64,000 nt of DNA from Microbotryum violaceum (taxonomy: Eukaryota): positions 1,860,001 through 1,924,000 of the forward strand of contig CDLV01000007.1 in assembly GCA_001244265.2 (NCBI GenBank), read 5' to 3'. Positions 14,601 through 25,910 of the stretch are shown here, one piece after another; within the stretch, counting starts at the first letter, position 1, and every line of letters begins with the position of its first letter. The notes under the pieces were generated by a model. That model had not been told where the DNA came from. It saw only the letters and a list, made by a program, of their open reading frames with translations, and did no database searches. The translations under genes and the position numbers were made by a program.

Positions 14601-15572
14601 CAGGTCGAACACCTTTGCCGAAAAGGTGAATCGCGTTTCCTCTACCCTCGCGGAAATGGCGGTCGACGCATACCTTGAGGGCGAGTACAAGCACGGCCTT
14701 GAATTTGACCATCAACGGTGAGTCGCAGGTCAATTGGGGACATGCATTCGCAGGTCGAATGAACTGACGCTGCGCACCCCCGCTCGTCGCGAGCGATAGT
14801 TTTCTGACGGATCGACTTGCTCCGGTCATGCCTCGTCATGATGGAATCAAGACATCGCAACCCGGACGTCGTCAAATTTAATGCAGATCTCCTGTTTGGA
14901 AGTTGTTGAAAACCCCGATCACGAGATCAGCTTTGCCTCGTTGGTGGAGGTGAGTTGTCCTCGTTCGACGCACTATTTGATTCGACACTGATAGGACATT
15001 GGTTGCGGTTTGACATAGGGTTGTCTCCAAGCCGACAAAGAGGCCGCTCAAAATCCAAAGTCCAAAAAGAAGAAGAAGAAGATCGGGGACTAGAGCCCGT
15101 AGCAGGTTGGTCGGGAATCGGTGGGTCGTCGACGAGCTTGCGAGCGGGCGGGGCCCGAGGACGTGAGGATCTGCGCTTGCTAGGTTGGGCATTTGTTCTG
15201 GGCTATATGTTAATGTTGCTTGTTACAGAGGTATCCAGTGTATATATGATCGAGGTCAACAACCCTATAACGCTTTAAAGAATCTCTATGGCTCGTTCAT
15301 AGACCCAGTTCAGGGGATGCCATAAGGTTTTTACATGGCTAGCGTACTTGGGACTTGCGGCTTTTGTATGGTAACCATAGAGATTCCGTAGGGCCGGGAT
15401 CTACGGGTGCCATAGGGTTTCCGTAGGGGACGCGGCCTGACGATTCCCATAGGGGACGCGCCTTATGGCATTAGTAAATAATACCTGCCAGGTATTTTAC
15501 ACCTGCCATACAGGCGCCCGCGGGGGCGGCACTATTTTCTTAGGACCGCCATAAGTTTTGCGTGCGCATGTG
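11641..15572. mobile_element. CACTA/EnSpm (CMC)-like TIR DNA transposon, apparently non-autonomous
   Basis: Left end TA|CACATGCGCGCGCGAACGAACTTTATGG; right end (reverse complement) TA|CACATGCGCACGCAAAACTTATGG. TA flanks both ends. Many CCRTA(G/T/A)GG subterminal motifs in both orientations at about 11660-12060 and 15260-15560. Confidence 0.7.
12634..15093 (+). CDS. Spliced gene of unknown function inside the TIR element (possible TnpA-like accessory protein); boundaries approximate
   Basis: Series of canonical donors (GTGAGT, GTAAGC, GTACGT) and YAG acceptors bounding open exons such as AALRKDGLVSESDVKHRAFYKALMRHL, IKRAQSDSLVLGTTMKSWYKNL and WQAVKQPDRKAAVEADL. Basic tract near the 3' end. 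No DDE motif recognised. Confidence 0.45.
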
Positions 15573-15753
15573 TAAGGCAGCTTTTCTGTTTTTTGGCCCG
15601 GTTGGAGGTTGGTACAGGTCGGGTGTACCAATGGGCGCTTGGTCGCTCGTCGAGCGTCTCGTGTCGGCCAAGTAATACGACGGACAGTCTCCGACTGAAC
15701 AACGTTTGTGCCGATCTCTATTGATGAACATAATTAATATATAATAAATGGCT

Positions 15754-15905
15754 TTGGTTTGGGCTTGGGGGCGAATTCCCTCACGACCCGGCCCCGCGAA
15801 GAAACCGGCGACCTAACCGGCGCAGATTGCGCCGCCGCGAGCGAGGCCGAGAAGGGGGGCAATACAGGGGGTTGAAGGGAGAGCTCGCCCCCCAGCCCAA
15901 ACCAA
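15754..15905. repeat. Imperfect inverted repeat (about 30-bp arms) downstream of the recombinase
   Basis: TTGGTTTGGGCTTGGGGGCGAATTCCCTCA at 15754 versus reverse complement of 15873-15905 TTGGTTTGGGCTGGGGGGCGAGCTCTCCCTTCA. Confidence 0.75.
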
Positions 15906-16086
15906 GCGAGTTCCTAAGTGATTTCGATATCCCATATTTCACAATGAAGACCACTGCGACCATGAAGCGGCGGAACGTATCAGGGGACGCGTGGAGACAC
16001 GGTCAACGCGAAGAGACCTGAGCTGAGCGTAGAGGAGCGCAGGATGAGCAGGAGGCAAGTCACAAATTCCCGCACTTGCGAGCTCG

Positions 16087-16600
16087 TCAAACGCAATCTC
16101 TGATTGACTGTAGGGTTGAACCAAACGTGCACCTCCCGGCGAGCTGAGCCGAGAAATATCGCCTGACATTACGCGGGCCGCGATGAGATTGACTTGGCGC
16201 CAGTCGGTACCGTTCGAATGAGTTGCTCTTCCAGCGACCAATAACTTTCACTGTTTCCGGTGGAATCCCCTCGAGAAGGTAATGGGTGGCGCAACCGATA
16301 CGGAAGGAGTGACCGGATACGGGCGGACGATCTGCTGCCTTCAAGGTTTGATTCACACGCGAGAGGAACCGGGATCGAGTCAACGGAACCCATCGTCCCT
16401 TAGATTGGAGGAGAAAAGCGGTTGATCTTGTGGAGGGTTCGTTTGCAAGTGCAACAAAAGCAGGTTATAGGGGCAGGGACCTTTCCCCGATTGCGGTACG
16501 ATGGTGATGAAGTCACCTTGATGACGTTGTACCTTGTCAAACGGTAGGTGAAGCTCGGTTTAATCGAGATCCCACACGGAGAGCAGAGATTAAGGGATAC
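16087..16600 (-). pseudogene. C-terminal tyrosine recombinase fragment of a DIRS/Ngaro-type (or Crypton) element, frameshifted
   Basis: SGHSFRIGCATHYLLEGIPPETVKVIGRWKSNSFERY gives the H-x-x-R, W and Y catalytic motifs. Upstream in another frame: LHLPFDKVQRHQG...CP...QPLFS. Confidence 0.85.
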
Positions 16601-16753
16601 ATCCTGACGATGAAACCAGGGTACTCAAAGGAAAAGCGGGGAGAGTCACCAGAGTAAGCTAAGAACACACACAGCACAAAGCAGCAAGGAGGAAAGAAAA
16701 ATGGAGAAACCCAGAAGAAAGAGCAACAACCTGTGAGAGCTCCGAGTCCATAC

Positions 16754-17113
16754 TGTGAAGAGTCCACTCTCAGCTCGACAGGGGCGCCTCGGTCGTTGCG
16801 CGAGCCCGCTAGCCCGCCCCCCTGCGGTGAGGACTTAGACGCGCGCGACTGCCTCAGCGCGCCAGCGATTTCACCCACGGCTGGGCCTATCCCAGCCCGG
16901 GCCCCCTTTTTGTTTCTTAGCTTCCTTCTCATCACTTCTGTTTGACTCTCAACCTCTCCTGAGAGTCGTGGTGATCATCTTATAGGTACGCTGAAATACA
17001 TCACTTCTTTTTGACTCTCAACCTCTCCTGACAGTCGTGGTGATCGTCTTATAGGTTATTCGCCCATTGACCTACCGCTGGCATGAACACGTCGTTGCCC
17101 CTAACGACGGGTG
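16754..17113 (+). mobile_element. Copia LTR family A (16754-17053, TG...TA, duplicated 3' unit) plus PBS and first bases of gag, truncated by the next element
   Basis: Starts TGTGAAGAGTCCACTCTCAGCTCG, ends CTTATA|GGTTATTCGCCC. The internal stub matches 27320-27382. Confidence 0.85.
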
Positions 17114-17337
17114 TATAAGACGATCACCACTACTGTCAGGAGGGGTTGATAGTCGAACAGAAGTGATGAGGAGGAAGCTAAGAACAGACAGGAGGCCCGC
17201 GCTGAGATAGGCCCAGTCGCAGGTGAAATTGCTAGCGCGCTAAGACAGTCGCGCGCGTCTAAGTCCCCAGCGCAGGGGGCGGGCTAGCGGGCGTGCGCAA
17301 CGACCGAGGCGCCTCTGCCAAGCTGAGAGTGGACTCG

Positions 17338-19278
17338 TCACACCCCCCCCCCCACGCGAATGCAAGGCAGACCCAAGCGTGGGTGTCGAGTGCGCAAGCC
17401 AAGAGCATAGCAATGCATGGAAAAAATCTTTGGGCCAAGTGCCTTGGTAAAGATGTTGGCCACCATGTTGCTTGTCCCCACGTGGGAAAGAGAAATCTCA
17501 CCCCGATTCACCATGTCCCGAACGAAGTGCTCACGCAGACGGATATGTCGAGTCCCGGATGCGCGGACAGGGTCTCGTGCGACAGCGGCAGCAGCTTCGT
17601 TGTCAGTGTAGATGTGAGCTGGGATACCAGACTGGACATGGAGCTCCTCAAGCAGCTGACTGAGGTAGATCCCTTCCTTGCCAGCATGCGAGAGAGCGAG
17701 GTATTCCGCGTCGGTGGTAGAGTCGGCGACCCGCGATTGACGCTTGGAGGACCAGGATACAGCGGAGCCGGCAATGTAGAAGACGAAACCCATGGTGGAG
17801 ACCGATGTGTCGACGCAGGCACCCCAGTTTGCATCGGAGTAACCTACCACGCCCGTGATGCCCATCTTACCACAAGTGTAGAGAAGCTCGTCGCGATAAG
17901 TGGCTCGGAGGTAGCGTAGGACATGCTTGACGGCAATCCAATGGCGCTGACCCGGGTTGTTGGCGAAGCAGGCCAGGTAAGATACGGCAAAGGCGCTGTC
18001 GGGGCGAGTGCCAAGTGAGATGTATAAGAGCGAGCCGATTGCCTGTAGATACCATGACCTGATCTGTTCCGTGCCTTGACCCGGAATGGCGGTGAGCGAA
18101 AGACCGGGGGTCATCGGGACGGTAGCGCTGCGAGTCGTAGTGTCGAAGTGGAACCGAGCGAGCACGTCCATGATGTACCGTTCCTGGCATAGGGCGATAG
18201 AGCCGTCGTTGAGCCGCCTGATCTGGATGCCGAGGATGTACTCGGCCGGTCCAAGGCCTTTGACACTGTAACGTTGTTCCAGGCCCGAGATGACGCGTTC
18301 GATCTCGGCCAGGTCCGGGCTGATCATCAGAAGGTCGTCGACGTACAGTGCGATGTAGTGTGGGCTTTGACGATCGTCGAGCCGAGAGTAGACGCAGTGA
18401 TCGGTGCCCGTCGCCGTATACCCGAGAGCACGAAGCGAAGCGTCGATGTGTCGATTCCAGATGCGGCCGGCCTGTTTGAGCCCGTAGATGGAACGGCGCA
18501 GTCGAAGCACCTTGTCGCTGGGAAGGTCGAAGCCGCGCGGTGCCGTCATCCAGATGTCGTGATCGAGGTCGCCGTGAAGATAGGCTTTGTCGATGTCCGC
18601 TTGGTGTACATGCAGGCCGTTGGCGGCCGCGAGCGCGAGGAGTGAGCGTATTGAAGAGAAGCGGGCAACGGGTGCGAACGTCTCGTTGAAGTCGATGCCG
18701 TCGCGTTGGTGATTGCCCTGCGCAACGAGCCGTGCCTTGTGTCCAGTGACGTCGCCGAGTGCGTTCCGTTTGGTTTTCCAGACGAACTTGGACGTGACGA
18801 TGGTCGCACCAGGGGGTACTGTAGAGCGATCGTCGATGGTGAAGACCTTGAAGTCATCTCGCATGGAATTGAACTCGTCGGTGGCGGCCTTGGCCCATAC
18901 CTCACGCTTGTCGCTGGACATTGCCTCGCGCCAGGTCTGTGGGTCACTGGTGATGGACTTAACTGGTTGAATGGCCTCGGCGTCAGACACGTCGTCGTCG
19001 GTTGCAATGAATGCGCGGTGATGTCGGATGAGGAAAGCGAGTTCGTCCGGCGATTCGTCGTGAGAGGGGTGCCCAATGAGGTCGAGTTCGTCAGGAGACT
19101 CCTCAGCCGATGCGGGCTCACGGTACGTGCTGAAGTCTGGGTGGTGCACGGCCGGTGGGTCGAAGCGAACCTGGGGCTGTGAGCCGATAAGGTTGAGAGG
19201 ATCGGCGGAGTATTCAGAGTCAGTCGGTAAAGCCGATGGTGACGATGACGCAGCCGACGATGTGGAAGGCACAGGCAA
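17338..19278 (-). pseudogene. Copia RT/RNase H ORF
   Basis: [54 protein letters not shown]. Confidence 0.92.
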
Positions 19279-21517
19279 TGGCGACGTGGGCGGCTCAGGC
19301 GACGGTGACGAGGACAGGACGACGGCGAGGAGGACGGTTCGGCATCTGTGGGGTTAAGTAAGGTTCCGCCAGTGTACCCTGGGGCCACGTCAACGGCGCT
19401 CATGGGAGAATCATCAAGGGGGGATGAGACGTCCATGTGCGCCGACCTTACTAGTGGGGTCCTCGTCTTGATGGCGGGGGCGGGCGGATTGGCAGGAACG
19501 ACGACGTAGCGTTCGGTGTTGGCCAAGTTGACGGGTGCGTCGTCCTGCAGGCCGGGGAAGTCGTTGTCCAAGAAGGTGACATTTCGGCCAAGTACAATCT
19601 TGTTGACGGAGTGGTCAAAAAAACGGAAAGCCTTGGAGGCGAGGTCGTAACCGGTGAAGATCACGCGCCTGGCTTTGGGGTCGAGCTTGTTGCGAAGGTC
19701 CGGGGCGATCGTGAGCCAGGCGGCGCAGCCAAACGGGTGGAGGGCGGTGGCGGTGGTGCGTTGGCCGTTTCAAGCGGATTCTGGAGTCTGTTTGGCTAAA
19801 GCGGAGTGTGAGCACCTGTTTTTGCAATGAACAAAGTACGCGGCCGCCTCATCCCAAAAGGTGGCGGGCAAACGAGAATCGGCGAGGAGAGCGAGGACAC
19901 CTTCGACGATGGAAAGGTTGACACGTTTGGCGCGACCATTTTGTTGAGGTGTGTACGGTATAGAGTACTGGCGGCGAATACCCCTGGACTTGCAGAACTC
20001 CGTGAAGGCAGTGAAGCGATACTCCCCACCATTGTCGGAGCGGAGGATCTTCAAGCGTGCGTTTGTCTCCAATTCCACCTCGGCGAGCCAAGTCTTGAAG
20101 GTTGGAAAGACGTCGCTTTTGTGGTCGATCGCGTATGCCCAGAGTTTGCGAGAGTGGTCGTCGAGTAACGTGACGAGGTAGCGCTTGCCGGTCAAAGACG
20201 GAGTCGGAAACAACAGGACGTTGCTGTGTACGAGGCCGAGTCTCTCGGAGGAGTGCGAGTCCGAGTCAGGGAAAGGGAGGCGATGGCCTTTGGAACCAAG
20301 GCAAGCATTGCAAACAAACTGCTCTATGTCTTTGTCACTATATCCGACCCCAAACCCGTCCAACAAACCAGCGGCCATCATCTTCTGTATAGAGGATGGA
20401 GCAAGATGGCCGAGGCAGCGATGGAGGGTAAGCAGGGGCACGGTGGACTCAGAACGCGAGAGTAAGGCAAGATGCTGACATTTTGAGTGATCCGCGTCCA
20501 GGAGGTAGAGACCCTCGTCGACCCTGTGACCTTGAGCGATGGCCTGACCGTCCTTCGCGATGTTGATGCCTTCGTTGGTGAAGGCGAGTTGAACACGGTC
20601 GGTGTCGCAGAGGCGAGAGACGGATAGAAGGTTGACGGCGAGACCAGGCGTATGAAGGACGCCACGCAGCGTGATCGGATGTCCGGACTTGGCAACGAAG
20701 GCCACGTCACCGATGCCAATGGCCGTGATGCCGCCTGCAATGCCGCCTATTTTGGTTTGCGCCGTGCGGCGGTACGTGGTGAACAGAGACCGATCAGCAA
20801 CCATGTGTGCCGTGGCACCCGAATCAACCACAAAGGCGTCATCAGGGAGGTGGCGGCAAGCAAACAGGCAGGAGGCGAAATAGCCGATGTTAGGCTGTTG
20901 AGACGCAGTTGATACCGAGTCGTCGTGGTTGCTGTCGCTGGTGGTTTTCTGCTCCCCTTGGTGCTTGCAGTCGAGGGCCCAGTGGCCTTTTTTGTGGCAT
21001 CGGCAGCAAGGACCGGTGGGGGGTGCTTGGCTCGCGACTTGCAGTCGCGAAGGCGGTGACCAGGGGCGTGGCAGGCTGGACAAAGCGATGGCGTGGCGAG
21101 CATGTCCAAAGGCGAGGTGGAAAGTCCTGCCGAGCGAAGTTGGATGCGGATGCGGTCCGTGAGCGTCATGAGTTTGGGAAGTTTGCGCTGGCTTTGCTGC
21201 TCGTCTGTGAAGGTCAGGCGGAAGCTGTTGAGGCAGGACGGAACCATGGCGAGGACGTGGGTGGCGAGGACGTGGTGGCGAGGACGTGGGTGGCGAGGAC
21301 GTCGTTGAGCGATGTTTTGGCATCACGGATTTCTTGTGCAACCGACATGTACTCGCGGAGCCAAGTGTCGTATGCCTCGACGGAAGCGGGCATCTTCTTG
21401 AAATCCCAAAGACGGGCGAAGAGTTTGAGGGTGCGCGTGGCATCGTCCGGTGCAAAACGAGCCTTGAGAGTCGCAAAAATGCGAGGGGCTGACAGCTGGT
21501 CGCTGGGATGGCATCGA

Positions 21518-23587
21518 TGTCATTATATGGTTGCATCGTCCTTCAGTCTACGTATAGTACCTGTTATGGTACTTCATCTTGAGCCTCTAGCGACTTCATG
21601 AATCCCTTCAGCACCTCATTTGTCTTACCCTTTTTTAGTCACTATTAGCTCTTTATTATCTCCGCTTATCATCCCTTCCTAGTCCTTCTGGAGTTTGTCC
21701 CTTAGCCTTTGGCCACTCTGTTCTCGTCCCGTTCCATTGGACTGAGTCATGGTCTTCATCAGGTATGCATTCTCTGGAATCCTACTCACTCTGTTCTCGT
21801 CCCGTTCCATTGGACTGAGTCGTGGTCTTCATCAGTTACCACATGAGAACATTTTTACAATAGGTTATGAGCCCAACGAGCTACCAAGCTGCTCTCGAGC
21901 CTTCGTCTTCCGCCCTCATCTCTAGGATCCACCTTAGCGACAATCCGAACTCGTACGAAGAATGGTCCGTCTGGATCAGCAACCATCTTCGTCGCAAGAA
22001 ATGTTTGGATGTCACAACTGTGGGCATTCCTGCTCTGCTAGCGATCTATGAGGCCGCCCTTGTCACCCCGTCCACTTCGCAAGCAACCTCCGCAGGCGCA
22101 AAGATTTCACCCGCCGCGCCTCGCGCGCTCACCTCTGCTCAGCAAGGACTTGTCGACATCTACACCCTTGATCTTGAAGCCAAGGATGACAAAGCTGCTG
22201 AGTTGATCAACAACACAATTACCGGTTCTCAAATGAAGATTATCAAGAATTGTGTTTCAGCCCATGAGATGTGGACCGCCCTACGGATTCACCACACCAA
22301 AGGCGCTGAAGCTCGCTTCATCCAGCTCATCCCCGTCATCTTCCGGAGCACGTTCACGCGTTCCAACACGTCCAATTTCAAGTCGTTTGTTTCCAACTTC
22401 CTAAACGCCGTTGAGGAAATCTCCACTATGGGTGTTCCACTGCCTGGTTTTGCGCAAGCCGCTCTACTCGTCCATTCGCTTCCGCCCGAATGGGAAAGTA
22501 TTGCAAGTAGCCTTACTACCAACCTCACCCTCGCTACAGACATTGATTCGTTCATTGCTGTCCTCTACGCTCAAGTTGATCGCAAAATGGCCTCGTCTTC
22601 TACTACTCATGGAGCCGAGCGCCACGCTTACGGGGGGATTGAATCCGCGCTGGCTATGTCCGCGCAAAGTCACGATCACTCCAAGGTTCACTGCAAGAGT
22701 TGCAACGTTATGGGGCATAGTTCCAAGTGGGCTGGTTGCCCTTCCCTCAAGAAAGCGCAAGCAGTCAAGGAGGAAGCAGCCAAAGCTATGTTTGTTAACA
22801 GCGCTTTCTGTCACTCGCTTTAATCGTCACAAGTCCTCGTCGTATCGGTCTTCTTCAAGCCGATCACCCGTCCAAGTTTCGTATCGGTGTCTCTTCATCA
22901 GCCCGATCAACCGTCAAGTCGTATTGGTATTCTTGCCAATCACCGTCCCCGTCTGCGAACATGATGGCTTCGTACACCAGCCCTTCGCTCCAAGTCCAAG
23001 TAGTGCCAACTAGTCCACCAGCGTACTCTGGTTTGTTGGCTTCCGTCCCCGCATTTGGTTATACTGGTCCCTTTCAGATCAGTTCTCCAGCCCGTTTTAT
23101 GGCGTCATTGTCCGTCATACCGCCACCCGTCTTCGGCCCCTTTTACCCGAACAAGTCCCGTCGCTTTCGGCTTTACCCGATCTCGTCAAAAGTCTTCGAC
23201 CATGTACCGTTTACTCCATCTTCGGACCTTCCAACCGGGGAGTGTCATTATATGGTTGCATCGTCCTTCAGTCTACGTATAGTACCTGTTATGGTACTTC
23301 ATCTTGAGCCTCTAGCGACTTCATGAATCCCTTCAGCACCTCATTTGTCTTACCCTTTTTTAGTCACTATTAGCTCTTTATTATCTCCGCTTATCATCCC
23401 TTCCTAGTCCTTCTGGAGTTTGTCCCTTAGCCTTTGGCCACTCTGTTCTCGTCCCGTTCCATTGGACTGAGTCGTGGTCTTCATCAGGTATGCATTCTCT
23501 GGAATCCTACTCACTCTGTTCTCGTCCCGTTCCATTGGACTGAGTCGTGGTCTTCATCAGTTACCACATGAGAACATTTTTACAATA
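21518..23587 (+). mobile_element. Young gag-only non-autonomous LTR retrotransposon (family E); 345-bp LTRs 21518-21862 and 23243-23587; TSD ATCGA
   Basis: Nearly identical LTRs ending TG...TA. ATCGA at 21513-21517 and 23588-23592. PBS at 21863, PPT GGGGAG at 23237-23242. No pol motifs. Confidence 0.93.
21867..22823 (+). CDS. Copia-type Gag (318 aa) with C-terminal zinc knuckle
   Basis: NSYEEWSVWI, SAHEMWTAL, LVHSLPPEWE, CKSCNVMGHSSKWAGC; uninterrupted ORF between PBS and 3' LTR. Confidence 0.85.
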   Translation: MSPTSYQAALEPSSSALISRIHLSDNPNSYEEWSVWISNHLRRKKCLDVTTVGIPALLAIYEAALVTPSTSQATSAGAKISPAAPRALTSAQQGLVDIYTLDLEAKDDKAAELINNTITGSQMKIIKNCVSAHEMWTALRIHHTKGAEARFIQLIPVIFRSTFTRSNTSNFKSFVSNFLNAVEEISTMGVPLPGFAQAALLVHSLPPEWESIASSLTTNLTLATDIDSFIAVLYAQVDRKMASSSTTHGAERHAYGGIESALAMSAQSHDHSKVHCKSCNVMGHSSKWAGCPSLKKAQAVKEEAAKAMFVNSAFCHSL

Positions 23588-24045
23588 ATCGAGGGCCGCC
23601 GAGACGTTGGCTGAGTCAATAGAGCCAACGATGATCTCGCGGGCAGCATCGTCACGGGCGGGCAGCTGCTCGGCCGTCCAGGTAGCGGGGATGACACCGT
23701 CGAGGACGTAGCTCCGAAGCTGGTTCGGGAGCGTCAGACGGAGTTGACGCAACCAATTCGTAAAAGATTTGGGTCCGTCAAGGCGAGCGTGTTTGGGAAA
23801 CACAACTTTGGATGCGGTGGTGGCGTGGACCGGCGTGGCTGCAACGGCCGGGGGCGTGGGAGCGGCAGCGGCTAGGGGCTGTGAGGCCTGCAGAGCGGCG
23901 AGTTGCGCCTGGAGAGTGGCGATTTGCGCGCTGAATGAGGGCTCAGGGGAGCTGGAATCCCTGGGCGGCAAGGGTGCGGCAGGAGGGCTGTCCATGCTGC
24001 GAGGGATGTGTGCGGTGCGAGTGGTTGGGCTCGAAAAATCCCTCA

Positions 24046-24046
24046 A

Positions 24047-24078
<32 letters not shown>
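24046..24078 (-). promoter_or_regulatory. Extended primer-binding site complementary to the 5' half (anticodon and D arms) of a tRNA-Met(CAU)
   Basis: Plus strand reads GGAGCAGCTGGTAGCTCGTTGGGCTCATAACC directly beside the LTR end; related sites at 21863, 37696, 30207, 41756, 50770, 25015 and 59988. Confidence 0.85.
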
Positions 24079-24458
24079 TGTAAGACAATCACCACTATTG
24101 TCAGGAGGGGTTGATAGTCAAACAGAAGTGATCTATTTCAGCGTACCTATAAGACGATCACCACTACTGTCAGGAGGGGTTGATATTCAAACAGAAGTGA
24201 TGAGGAGGAAGCTAAGAACAGACAGGAGGCCCGCGCTGAGGTAGGCCCAGTCGCGGGTGAAATTGCTAGCGCGCTAAGACCGTCGCGCGCGTCTAAGTCC
24301 CTACCGCAGGGGGGCGGCCTAGCGGGCATGCGCACGGATCCACCCGGCGCTGGCGCGCTGAGTCAGTCGCGCGTCTAAGTCCCCAGCGCCGGGGGTGGGC
24401 TAGCGGGCTCGCGTAACGACCGAGGCGCCTCTGCCGAGCTGAGAGTGGACTCATCACA

Positions 24459-25910
<1,452 letters not shown>

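Larger units (their letters stand above)
17114..24458 (-). mobile_element. Near full-length degenerate Ty1/Copia element with family A LTRs (17114-17342 and 24079-24458); gag interrupted by element E
   Basis: Order LTR-PBS-gag(CCHC)-protease(DSGAT)-integrase([14 protein letters not shown])-RT(YVDDLL)-RNaseH(YSDANW)-G-rich PPT-LTR. Stops and frameshifts are present and the flanks do not form a TSD. Confidence 0.92.

Noticed and set aside
16611-16753. Possible remnant of another LTR family (minus strand, ending CA)
   Set aside because: Single copy in the window with no PBS, PPT or TSD to confirm it.
24046-24078. tRNA-Met gene
   Set aside because: Only the D and anticodon arms are present, with no T arm or acceptor stem, and it always abuts an LTR end. 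It is a PBS.
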